In this document: positions 38,028 to 47,277 of the stretch, in pieces | Numbering within the stretch: position 1 is the stretch's first letter | How the letters are laid out: the number at the start of each line of letters is the position of its first letter | Assembly (NCBI GenBank): GCA_031372565.1 | Contig: JANMLN010000057.1 | Coordinates: 1 to 64,000 of the forward strand | DNA from: Gemmatimonadota bacterium | Lineage (GTDB): Bacteria; Gemmatimonadota; Gemmatimonadetes; Gemmatimonadales; Gemmatimonadaceae | Reading direction: 5' to 3' | DNA length: 64,000 bases | Position numbers and translations under genes: made by a program | The notes under the pieces: model-generated | Databases searched by the model: none | What the model saw: only the letters and a program-made list of their open reading frames with translations | What the model was told of the DNA's origin: nothing

Positions 38028-40115
38028 ATGATCCAGTCTGCTGAGCACTCCTGCGCGCCCGCACGCCGTGCCGCGCGCCGTCTGGCTGCCGTGACCGTCC
38101 CGGCGGCCGTCCTCGCGCTGCTCACGTTCGGCGCGGAGGTGCACGCCCAGCGCGTCGAGCGCGTGGCGTCCCCCGACGGACGCACGCAGGTATCGGTCGA
38201 GATACGCGATGGGCGGCTCACCTATGCCGTCCTGCGCAACGGGGCCAAGCTGGTCCTTCCGAGCGCGCTCGGCTTCGCGTTCAAGGGCGCGCCGCCCCTC
38301 CGGGACAGCGTGCAGATCGTCGACGTCGCACGCCAGTCGCACGATGCGACGTGGACGCAGCCGTGGGGCGAAGTCCGCCGCGTGCGCGATCACCACAACG
38401 AGCTGCGCGTCACGGTGCAGGAAACCGCGCTGCGCGCGCGCCGATTCACGGTCGTCTTTCGCGCCTTCAACGACGGGCTGGGGTTCCGCTACGAACTGCC
38501 GGCGCAGCCCAACCTGACGGAGTTCGCGATCACCGAGGAGCTCACCGAGTTCGCGTTCGCCACCGATGGCCGGGCGTGGTGGATTCCGTCGTTCCAGCAG
38601 AACCGGTACGAGTACCTGTACCGCGCGTCGCCGATGAGCACGCTCGACACGGTGCACACGCCGCTGACGATCGAGTTTCCCTCGGGCACGCACGTGGTCG
38701 TGCACGAGGCCGACCTCGAGGATTACGCGGCGCTCAACCTTCGCGGCGGCAAGGAGCAGAACCGCACGCTCCGGCCCGTGCTGGCCCTCATGCACGATGG
38801 CGTGGCCGCGTACGGCCGCACACCGTTCGCGACACCGTGGCGCACGCTGCAGATCGCGGACCGCGCGGCGGACCTGCTACCCTCCGTGCTCGGGCTCAAC
38901 CTGAATCCGCCGAGCCGGATCGCCGATACGACGTTCGTGACGCCGATGAAGTACAACGGCATCTGGTGGGGGATGCACATCAACACGATGACGTGGGAGT
39001 CGGGCCCCATCCATGGCGCCACGACCGCCAATGCCAAGCGCTACATCGATTTCGCCGCCGCCAACAACCTCGGTGGCATGCTGGTGGAGGGGTGGAACGT
39101 CGGATGGGACGGTGGCTGGGTCGACAACGGCGACAAGTTCTCCTTCACCAAGGCCTACCCCGACTACGATCTCGTCTCCGTCGCCGCGTACGCCAAGCTC
39201 AAGGGGGTCCAGCTCATCGGCCACAACGAGACGGCGATGGGGATCGACAACTACGAGCGCCAGCTCGACAGCGCCTTCTCCCTGTACAGGAAGCTGGGCA
39301 TCACGTCGGTCAAGACGGGCTATGTCGGCGACAAGATGCGCAACGGCGACTATCACCATTCGCAGACGATGGTGCGGCACTATCGCAAGGTGATCGAGAC
39401 CGCGGCCCGGTACGGCATCAGCATCGACGCGCATGAGCCGATTCACGACACGGGCGAACGGCGCACCTGGCCCAACATGATCACGCGCGAAGGCGCGCGC
39501 GGGCAGGAGTACAACGCCTGGGGCGGCGACGGTGGCAACCCGCCCGAACACGAAACGATCCTGTTCTTCACGCGCATGATTGCCGGGCCCTTCGACTTCA
39601 CCCCCGGCATCTTCGACCTGACCATCACGCGACCCACGGGTACGCCGCGCCCCATCGAGGCCTCGCGCCCGCGCACCACGCTCGCCAAGCAGCTGGCGCT
39701 GTACGTGGTCCTGTACTCGCCCATCCAGATGGCGGCGGATCTGCCCGAGAACTACGAAGGCCAGCCCGCCTTCCAGTTCATCCGCGACGTCGCGGTCGAC
39801 TGGGACACGACGCGCGTGATCGACGGCAAGATCGGTGACTTCGTGCTCGTCGCCCGCAAGGCACGCGGCAAGGACGAATGGTTCGTCGGCGCCATCACCG
39901 ACGAAGCGTCGCGCTCGATGGAGATCAAGCTCGACTTCCTCAGCGCCGGCAAGCGATACGTCGCCGAGATCTATGCCGATGGACCGAAGGCGCACTTCCT
40001 CGACAACCCGACCGCTGTGGCCATCTCGTCGCAGCCGGTGACCGCCGCCACGCGGCTCACCCTGCGACTCGCAGCGGGCGGGGGACAGGCGATCCGCATT
40101 CGCCCCGCCAAGTGA
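38028..40115 (+). CDS. Glycoside hydrolase family 97 (SusB-like alpha-glucosidase), secreted
   Basis: Signal peptide then SPDGR; FRAFNDGLGFRY, KY.GIWWGMH, LVEGWN.GW, GHNET, REGARGQEY, GPFDFTPGIF, YSPIQMAADLPENY. Confidence 0.93.
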   Translation: MIQSAEHSCAPARRAARRLAAVTVPAAVLALLTFGAEVHAQRVERVASPDGRTQVSVEIRDGRLTYAVLRNGAKLVLPSALGFAFKGAPPLRDSVQIVDVARQSHDATWTQPWGEVRRVRDHHNELRVTVQETALRARRFTVVFRAFNDGLGFRYELPAQPNLTEFAITEELTEFAFATDGRAWWIPSFQQNRYEYLYRASPMSTLDTVHTPLTIEFPSGTHVVVHEADLEDYAALNLRGGKEQNRTLRPVLALMHDGVAAYGRTPFATPWRTLQIADRAADLLPSVLGLNLNPPSRIADTTFVTPMKYNGIWWGMHINTMTWESGPIHGATTANAKRYIDFAAANNLGGMLVEGWNVGWDGGWVDNGDKFSFTKAYPDYDLVSVAAYAKLKGVQLIGHNETAMGIDNYERQLDSAFSLYRKLGITSVKTGYVGDKMRNGDYHHSQTMVRHYRKVIETAARYGISIDAHEPIHDTGERRTWPNMITREGARGQEYNAWGGDGGNPPEHETILFFTRMIAGPFDFTPGIFDLTITRPTGTPRPIEASRPRTTLAKQLALYVVLYSPIQMAADLPENYEGQPAFQFIRDVAVDWDTTRVIDGKIGDFVLVARKARGKDEWFVGAITDEASRSMEIKLDFLSAGKRYVAEIYADGPKAHFLDNPTAVAISSQPVTAATRLTLRLAAGGGQAIRIRPAK

Positions 40116-40123
40116 CCGCCCCC

Positions 40124-41548
40124 ATGCACACGCGCCTCCGCTCCGGCACGCAACGCGCCGCGCGCATCGCCGTCGTCCTCCTCTCGCTCGGGGCCTGCTC
40201 CAAGCCGGCGCCGGCGACGAACGCCGCGGTGCCACCGTCCGCCGCTGCCCTCGACGCCGCCACCACCCACCCCGCCTGGTCGGCGCAGGCGACCATCTAC
40301 GAGGTGAACATCCGGCAGTACACCCCCGAGGGCACGCTCGCCGCCTTCACGCGGGAGATCCCGCGCCTCAAGCGGCTCGGCGTGGATATCCTCTGGATCA
40401 TGCCGGTGCAGCCCATTGGCCGGAAGAATCGCAAGGGCTCGCTCGGCAGCTACTACTCCATTGCCGACTATCGGGCGATCAATCCCGAGTTCGGCACGAT
40501 GGCCGACTTCCGTGACCTCGTGACCTCCGCGCACAAACAGGGGCTCAAGGTCATTCTCGACTGGGTGCCCAATCACACGGCCTTCGATCATCCGTGGACC
40601 ACGGCGCACCCGGATTTCTACACGCACAACGCCGATGGGTCGATCTCGGTGGCCCGCAACAACGACGGGACGCTCACCGACTGGACCGACGTTGCCGATC
40701 TCGACTACGAGAACCCGGCCATGCGGCAGGCGATGATCGGCGAGCTGCGCTGGTGGGTCGACTCGACCGGCATTGACGGCTTCCGGCAGGACGTGGCGTG
40801 GGGCGTCCCGCACAGCTTCTGGAAGGAAGTGCACGACACCTTCCGCCCGTCGCATCCCGACCTGTTCTTTCTTGCCGAAGCCGAGGACGCGGCACTGCAC
40901 GAGTCGTTCGATGCCACGTACACCTGGGAGATGCACCACCTGCTCAACGCCATCGCGCAGGGCAAGAAGGGCTTCGGCGAGCTGACGGCGTACTTCGAGC
41001 GGCAGGTGAAAACGTACAATCCCGGCGCCTTCCGGATGTCGTTCACGAGCAACCACGACGAGAACAGCTGGCAGGGTACCGAGTTCGAGCGGATGGGCAG
41101 CAACCACCAGGCCGCGTTCATTCTTGCCGCGACGCTCCAGGGCTCCTTCCCGTTGCTCTACACGGGGCAGGAGGTGAGCCTGAACAAGCGGCTCCGCTTC
41201 TTCGACAAGGACACCGTCCCCATGACGGGCGCGTCGCTGGCCGACTTCTACGCGTCGGTGTTTGCGCTGAAGCACGCCCAGCCGGCCTTGGCCAACGGCG
41301 GGTGGGGCGCGCCGCAGGTGGCGCTCCGCCACACCGCCGGGGAGCGGGTCTTCGCCTTCACGCGCACCAAGGGCGCCAACACGGTGCTGGTGGCGGTGAA
41401 CTTCGGCGATGCGCCCACGGCCGTGGCGTACGCCGGCCTCGCCGAGGCCGGCACGTACACCGACTGGTTCTCGAAGGCCGGCGTGACACTCGGTGCCACC
41501 GGTACCATCGACGTGCCCGCGCACGGCTGGCGCGTGCTCACGCGCTGA
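40124..41548 (+). CDS. GH13 alpha-amylase-family lipoprotein
   Basis: Lipobox LGAC; regions DWVPNH, GFRQDVA, LAEAE, FTSNHDE. Alternative start GTG 40112. Confidence 0.92.
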   Translation: MHTRLRSGTQRAARIAVVLLSLGACSKPAPATNAAVPPSAAALDAATTHPAWSAQATIYEVNIRQYTPEGTLAAFTREIPRLKRLGVDILWIMPVQPIGRKNRKGSLGSYYSIADYRAINPEFGTMADFRDLVTSAHKQGLKVILDWVPNHTAFDHPWTTAHPDFYTHNADGSISVARNNDGTLTDWTDVADLDYENPAMRQAMIGELRWWVDSTGIDGFRQDVAWGVPHSFWKEVHDTFRPSHPDLFFLAEAEDAALHESFDATYTWEMHHLLNAIAQGKKGFGELTAYFERQVKTYNPGAFRMSFTSNHDENSWQGTEFERMGSNHQAAFILAATLQGSFPLLYTGQEVSLNKRLRFFDKDTVPMTGASLADFYASVFALKHAQPALANGGWGAPQVALRHTAGERVFAFTRTKGANTVLVAVNFGDAPTAVAYAGLAEAGTYTDWFSKAGVTLGATGTIDVPAHGWRVLTR

Positions 41549-41591
41549 GCGTGTAGTCGTCCTCGACCCTGCCCTTCGCACTCCTCCCGTG

Positions 41592-42563
41592 ATGACCGCC
41601 ATGCGCATGCACGCACTGTTGGCCCTGGGCCTCGCCGTCGCCGCCCCGTCCGCCACGCTCCACGCCAGCCCGGTGGTGTCCACCCGTGCGGCGGCCGCGC
41701 CGAACGACATTCTTGGGCGCTGGGACCTCACGGTGCAGGGCGCCAACGGGCCGCATCCTTCGTGGCTCGAAGTCGCGCTCTCGGGCAGGGCCACGCTGGT
41801 CGGCCGCTTCGTGTCGCAGTTTGGCAGCGCACGGCCCGTGGCCAAGGTGGCCTATGCGGCCGAGGGCACCTACCGCTTCGAGATTCCGCCGCAATGGGAA
41901 GCCGGGGCCGGCGACCTGCTCTTCGAGGGGCGCCTCGACGGCGACAAGCTCTCCGGCTTCATCACCGAACCGAATGGCACGCGTGCCCCCTTCACCGGTG
42001 TACGCGCGCCCGACCTGCGCCACCCCGAGCCCGCGTGGGGAGAGCCGGCCGCGATCTTCAATGGCAAGGACCTCGCTGGCTGGGAGGCGATGGGACCCGG
42101 GAGCCAGTGGACCGTCGTGAACGGCATCCTCACCAACACCAAGAGCGGTGCGAACCTGCGCACGACCGCGACGTATGGCGATTTCAAGCTGCACGTCGAG
42201 TTCCGCGTGCCACCGCAGGGCAACAGTGGGCTCTACCTGCGCGGGCGACACGAGGTGCAGGTGGAGGATAGCAAGGGCCTCGGCAAGAACAGCCACCACG
42301 AAGGGGGCGTCTATGGCTTCCTGGTGCCCAACGAGAACGCGGCCGGTGCGCCCCTCGAGTGGCAGACGTACGACATCACGCTCGTCGGGCGGCTCGTCAC
42401 CGTGACGCTCAACGGCCGGACGGTCATCCGCGACCAGGAAATCCCGGGGCCAACGGGCGGTGCCATGGACAGCAACGAGGGCGAACCGGGCCCGTTGTAC
42501 CTGCAGGGCGACCACACGTCCATCGAGTATCGCAAGATCGTGATGACGACGCCGCGACGATGA
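41592..42563 (+). CDS. DUF1080 (3-keto-disaccharide hydrolase/lyase-like) secreted protein
   Basis: Signal peptide; IFNGKDLAGW, YGDFKLHVEF, GNSGLYLRG..EVQV.D, EWQTYDI, LQGDH..IEYR.I. Confidence 0.88.
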   Translation: MTAMRMHALLALGLAVAAPSATLHASPVVSTRAAAAPNDILGRWDLTVQGANGPHPSWLEVALSGRATLVGRFVSQFGSARPVAKVAYAAEGTYRFEIPPQWEAGAGDLLFEGRLDGDKLSGFITEPNGTRAPFTGVRAPDLRHPEPAWGEPAAIFNGKDLAGWEAMGPGSQWTVVNGILTNTKSGANLRTTATYGDFKLHVEFRVPPQGNSGLYLRGRHEVQVEDSKGLGKNSHHEGGVYGFLVPNENAAGAPLEWQTYDITLVGRLVTVTLNGRTVIRDQEIPGPTGGAMDSNEGEPGPLYLQGDHTSIEYRKIVMTTPRR

Positions 42564-42692
42564 CGCGGCGCTGCTGATCTTTCCTTCGGCGCTCCCCGAT
42601 GCCAGAATGTCATCGCTGACGTCGGGTTTCGGCCTTACCTTCCGTGCGACCCCCGTGGTGGTGTCGTGCGCCCCAGCTTCGAGGAACACGTT

Positions 42693-44372
42693 GTGCAGAC
42701 AACAGAGTTCGACGCAATCGTGGTAGGCTCCGGCATCTCCGGGGGCTGGGCGGCCAAGGAGCTCACCGAAAAGGGGCTCAAGGTCCTGCTGCTCGAGCGC
42801 GGTCGGGATGTCAAGCACGTCGTGGACTACAAGAACGCGACCAAGGCCCCGTGGGACTACGCCCATCGTGGCGGGCGCACCACGGAGATGGAGCGGCAGT
42901 ATCCCGTGCTCAAGCGCGACTATCCGCTCAACGAGAAGAACCTCGACTTCTGGGTGAAGGACGAAGAGTCCCCCTACACCGAGGTCAAGCGCTTCGATTG
43001 GTACCGCGGGTACCAGGTCGGCGGACGCTCGCTGATGTGGGGGCGCCAGAGCTATCGACTGAGCGACCTCGACTTCGAGGCCAACGCCAAGGAGGGGATC
43101 GCTGTCGATTGGCCGATCCGTTACGCGGAGATCGCGCCGTGGTACGACAAGGTCGAGCGTTTTGCCGGCATCTCCGGATCGCTCGAGGGCTTGCCGCACC
43201 TCCCCGATGGCCAGTTCCAGCCGGCGATGCCGCTCAACTGCGGCGAGGAACTCGTCTCGAAGCGGCTCAAGACGAAGTTCGGCGGTACGCGCCGACTGAT
43301 CCCGGGACGCACGGCCAACCTGACCAAGGCGCTGCAGGGTCGCGCGCCGTGCCAGTCGCGCAACGCCTGCTGGCTGGGCTGTCCCTATGGCGCCTACTTC
43401 AGCACGCAGTCGTCCACGCTGCCCGCAGCCGTCGCCACCAAGCGCCTCACGCTCAAGCCCTTCTCGATCGCCAGCGAAGTGCTGTACGACAAGGACAAGA
43501 AGCGGGCGACCGGCGTGCGCGTGATCGACGCCAACACCAACGCGGTCACCGACTACAAGGCGAAGGTCATCTTCCTCTGCGCATCGACGCTCAACTCGAC
43601 GTGGCTCCTGATGCGCTCGGCGACCGACCTGTGGCCGCAGGGGCTCGGCTCGAGCTCGGGTGAGCTTGGCCACAACCTGATGGACCATCACTTCCGCCTC
43701 GGCGCCTCGGGCAAGATCGAGGGGCTCGAGGACAAGTATGTCTTTGGAAGCCGCCCGACCGGCTACTACATCCCGCGCTTCCGCAACATCGGGAGCGACA
43801 AGCGCGAATACCTGCGTGGCTTCGGCTACCAGGGTGGTGCGTCGCGCGAAGGATGGGGCCGCGCGGTCGCGGAACTCGGTGTGGGCGGCGGCTTCAAGGA
43901 CGCGATGGCGATGCCCGGCGGCTGGACGATCGGCGGCACGGCCTTCGGCGAGATGCTGCCGAACCATGACAACAAGGTCTCGCTCGACGAGGCCAAGAAG
44001 GACAAGTGGGGCATGCCGGTGCTCAAGATCGACTGCGCGATCGGCGAGAACGAACAGAAGATGCGCAAGGACATGACGGCCGACATGGCGGAGATGCTCA
44101 CCGAGTCCGGCGTGAAGGATGTCCGGACGTTCGACGCCGGCTACTTCCCGGGGCAAGGCATCCACGAAATGGGTACCGCGCGCATGGGCAGGGACCCCAA
44201 GACGTCGGTGCTGAACAAGCACAACCAGGTCTGGGACGCGCCGAACGTCTTTGTCACCGATGGCTCGGGGATGACCTCGGCCTCCTGCGTCAATCCGTCG
44301 CTGACCTACATGGCCCTCACCGCCCGGGCTGCCGATTTCGCGGTGCGGGAACTCAAGAAGCGCACCCTCTAG
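42693..44372 (+). CDS. GMC-family FAD oxidoreductase (glycoside 3-dehydrogenase large subunit-like)
   Basis: GAGGA RBS plus GTG; VVGSGISGGWAAKELTEKG, VGGRSLMWGRQ, Cys cluster C...C..GCP, IHEMGTARMG, NPSLTYMALTARA. Confidence 0.92.
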   Translation: MQTTEFDAIVVGSGISGGWAAKELTEKGLKVLLLERGRDVKHVVDYKNATKAPWDYAHRGGRTTEMERQYPVLKRDYPLNEKNLDFWVKDEESPYTEVKRFDWYRGYQVGGRSLMWGRQSYRLSDLDFEANAKEGIAVDWPIRYAEIAPWYDKVERFAGISGSLEGLPHLPDGQFQPAMPLNCGEELVSKRLKTKFGGTRRLIPGRTANLTKALQGRAPCQSRNACWLGCPYGAYFSTQSSTLPAAVATKRLTLKPFSIASEVLYDKDKKRATGVRVIDANTNAVTDYKAKVIFLCASTLNSTWLLMRSATDLWPQGLGSSSGELGHNLMDHHFRLGASGKIEGLEDKYVFGSRPTGYYIPRFRNIGSDKREYLRGFGYQGGASREGWGRAVAELGVGGGFKDAMAMPGGWTIGGTAFGEMLPNHDNKVSLDEAKKDKWGMPVLKIDCAIGENEQKMRKDMTADMAEMLTESGVKDVRTFDAGYFPGQGIHEMGTARMGRDPKTSVLNKHNQVWDAPNVFVTDGSGMTSASCVNPSLTYMALTARAADFAVRELKKRTL

Positions 44373-44386
44373 GCGAGGTCATGCAC

Positions 44387-44992
44387 ATGTCGAACGAAAC
44401 CCACGACTCGACCGGGATCGACCGCCGCGAAGCGGTGCGGCGCGTCTCGATGATGCTCGGCGGTGTCGCGCTGATCGGGAGCAACGGGCTCCTCACCGGC
44501 TTCCGACGCGCGTTGTCGCCGGAGGAACTCGCCGACGGCCTCTTCACCGCCGCCGACATCGCCTGGCTGGATGAGGTGGCCGACACGATCCTGCCGACGA
44601 CGAGCACCCCGGGCGCGAAGGCGGCGCAGGTCGGCGCCTTCATCGCGGTGATGGTCACCGACACCTACGAGAAGGCGAAGCAGCAGACCTTCCTCGAGGG
44701 GATGAAGACGCTCGAGACCGAAAGCGTCAACGCGCACGCTGTCGGCTTCCTCGCGGCGACATCCGCACAGCGCCTGTCGCTGCTTGAGCGGATCGACCGT
44801 GAGGCGCATGCCGCCATGAAGAAGCCCGGTGCCACGCATTACTTCCGGATGATCAAGGAACTCACCCTGCTCGGGTACTTCACCTCGAAGATCGGCTGCA
44901 CGCAGGCGCAGCGATATGTCGAGTCGCCAGGGCGGTTCGATCCCTGCGTGCCGTACACGAAGGGCGAGAAGAGCTGGGCCGGGCACGCCTGA
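44387..44992 (+). CDS. Gluconate-2-dehydrogenase subunit 3 family protein (Tat-exported small subunit)
   Basis: DRREAVRR twin-arginine-like leader; ADTILP.TSTPGAK, KELTLLGYFTS.IG. Confidence 0.88.
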   Translation: MSNETHDSTGIDRREAVRRVSMMLGGVALIGSNGLLTGFRRALSPEELADGLFTAADIAWLDEVADTILPTTSTPGAKAAQVGAFIAVMVTDTYEKAKQQTFLEGMKTLETESVNAHAVGFLAATSAQRLSLLERIDREAHAAMKKPGATHYFRMIKELTLLGYFTSKIGCTQAQRYVESPGRFDPCVPYTKGEKSWAGHA

Positions 44993-45061
44993 GTCCTGAT
45001 GAGCATCGCCCCGGCTGGCAGCGCCGGCCTCACCTTGCCTGACGCCGGTGCCGTTCAGCCC

Positions 45062-46390
45062 ATGAACGGTCGCCTCTTCTACTGGGCCGTCACGTCGGCG
45101 CTGGCCGGGTTCCTGTTCGGCTTCGATACGGTGGTGATCTCGGGCGCCGAGCAGACGATCCAGTCGTTGTGGGGGCTGAGCGCGGCGATGCACGGCATCG
45201 CGATGGGGGCGGCGCTGTACGGCACGGTGCTCGGCTCGCTGGTCGGGGGCTGGCCCGCGGACCGCTTCGGCCGGCGGGCCACCCTGCTCTCGATCGGCCT
45301 CCTCTACATCGTCTCCGCGGTCGGCTGCGGCTTCGCGTGGAACGTGCAGGTGTTCATCCTGGCGCGACTCATTGGCGGAATCGGCATCGGCGTGTCCACC
45401 GTGGTGGCGCCCCTGTACATCAGCGAGATCGCGACGCCGGCCCATCGCGGCAAGCTCGCCGGCATGTTCCAGTTCAACATCGTGTTCGGCATCGTCGTCG
45501 CGTTCGCCTCGAACGCGCTCCTGGCCGGCATCGGCGACGACGCGTGGCGCTGGATGCTCGGCGTGGCGGCCATTCCGTCGGTGATCTACACGGTGATGTG
45601 CCTCGGCATCCCCGAGAGCCCGCGCTGGCTGCTCACGCGCCGGAACGACCGCGCGGCGGGGCTCAAGGTGCTCGCGCTCATCGAGCCGACGGCCACGCCG
45701 GCGCAGCTCGAGCAGGCCGCCACCGACATCACCGCCGGCGCCACGGCGCAGACGAGCACGCGCGGCTTCTGGTCGATGCGCCTCAAGGTGCCGATCCTGC
45801 TCGCGTTTCTCGTCGCGTTCTTCAACCAGCTCTCGGGGATCAACGCGATCCTGTACTTCGCGCCGCGCATCTTCGAGATGACGGGCTTGGGCGCCAAGGC
45901 GGCGCTGCTGCAGTCGGTGGGGATCGGCATCACCAACCTGGTCTTCACGTTCGTCGGGTTGTGGCTCATCGATCGCCTGGGCCGCAAGACGCTGCTCACG
46001 ATCGGATCGTACGGCTACATCGCGTCGCTTGGGCTCTGCGCGTGGGCCTTCTTCACCGGACACTTCGCGATCGTGCCGGCGTGCATCTTCGCCTTCATCG
46101 CCGCGCATGCGATCGGCCAAGGCACGGTCATCTGGGTGCTCATCTCGGAGATCTTTCCCAACCAGTACCGCGCCACGGGCCAGTCGCTCGGCAGCGCCAC
46201 GCACTGGGTCTTCGCGGCGCTGCTCACGACGGTCTTTCCCGCGATGGTCAGCGCCTTCCCGCCCGGGTACATCTTCCTGTTCTTCTGCGGGATGATGGTG
46301 CTGCAGCTCCTGTGGGTGCGCACGATGGTGCCCGAGACCAAGGGAGTGCCGCTCGAGGAGATCCAGCGCCAGCTCGGCGTCGTGGCATGA
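45062..46390 (+). CDS. Sugar porter family MFS transporter (probably fructose)
   Basis: LFGFDTVVISG, DRFGRR, PESPRWL, NQLSGINAILY, DRLGRK, PETKG..LE. Confidence 0.92.
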   Translation: MNGRLFYWAVTSALAGFLFGFDTVVISGAEQTIQSLWGLSAAMHGIAMGAALYGTVLGSLVGGWPADRFGRRATLLSIGLLYIVSAVGCGFAWNVQVFILARLIGGIGIGVSTVVAPLYISEIATPAHRGKLAGMFQFNIVFGIVVAFASNALLAGIGDDAWRWMLGVAAIPSVIYTVMCLGIPESPRWLLTRRNDRAAGLKVLALIEPTATPAQLEQAATDITAGATAQTSTRGFWSMRLKVPILLAFLVAFFNQLSGINAILYFAPRIFEMTGLGAKAALLQSVGIGITNLVFTFVGLWLIDRLGRKTLLTIGSYGYIASLGLCAWAFFTGHFAIVPACIFAFIAAHAIGQGTVIWVLISEIFPNQYRATGQSLGSATHWVFAALLTTVFPAMVSAFPPGYIFLFFCGMMVLQLLWVRTMVPETKGVPLEEIQRQLGVVA

Positions 46391-47277
46391 ACCAGCCGCC
46401 GGTGGTCGTCGGCCTTGGCGAAGTGCTGTGGGACGTCTATCCCGATGGCGCGCACTTCGGCGGGGCGCCGGCGAATTTCGCGTGCCACGCCGCCAACCTG
46501 GGCGCCGACGCGTGGATGGTGAGCGCGGTGGGCGCCGATGCGCTGGGTGACCGCGCGCTGGCCGCGTTGAACGAGCGCCACGTGCATTGCGACCCGGTGC
46601 AGCGCGACCCCGCACACGCCACCGGCCAGGTGCACGTGATGCTCGACGCGACCGGGAAGCCCTGCTACCGGATCGCCCTCGGTACCGCGTGGGACCACAT
46701 CGCCTGGACCGACGTGCTGGCGCGCTTGGCGACGCGCTGCGACGCCGTGTGCTTCGGCACGCTCGGGCAGCGGTCGTCCACGTCCCGCGCGACGATCCGC
46801 CGCTTCGTCGAGGCCACACCGCGCGGCGCTCTTCGCGTGTTCGACGTGAACCTGCGCCAGGCGTTCTACGATGCCGAGACGATCAACGCGTCGCTGCAGC
46901 TCGCCTCGGCGGTCAAGTTGAACGACGAGGAGCTGCCGATCATCGCCGAGCTGTGCGGCATTGGCGGGGACACGCCGCGCGAGACGCTGCGCGCCCTGAT
47001 GAGCCGCTACGAGCTGCGGCTGGCTGCGCTCACGCGCGGGGCGCGAGGGGCGCTGTTGATGGAGGAGCGCGGCGAGGATGAATGCGCGGCTCCGTCGCTG
47101 GCCGCGGTGGATACCGTCGGCGCCGGCGATGCGTTCACCGCGACGCTCGTCGCGGGCGTCCTGCGCGGGTTGCCGCTGTCGCAGATCAACGTGCACGCCA
47201 ATGCCGTGGCGTCGTTCGTCTGTTCGCAGGCGGGTGCCACGCCCTCGCTGCCCGATTCCCTCCGGTCGTTCGCATGA
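46387..47277 (+). CDS. PfkB-family carbohydrate kinase (fructokinase-like)
   Basis: GLGEVLWD, GGAPANFA, FDVNLR, KLNDEEL, DTVGAGDAF; ATGA overlaps on both sides. Confidence 0.92.
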   Translation: MNQPPVVVGLGEVLWDVYPDGAHFGGAPANFACHAANLGADAWMVSAVGADALGDRALAALNERHVHCDPVQRDPAHATGQVHVMLDATGKPCYRIALGTAWDHIAWTDVLARLATRCDAVCFGTLGQRSSTSRATIRRFVEATPRGALRVFDVNLRQAFYDAETINASLQLASAVKLNDEELPIIAELCGIGGDTPRETLRALMSRYELRLAALTRGARGALLMEERGEDECAAPSLAAVDTVGAGDAFTATLVAGVLRGLPLSQINVHANAVASFVCSQAGATPSLPDSLRSFA

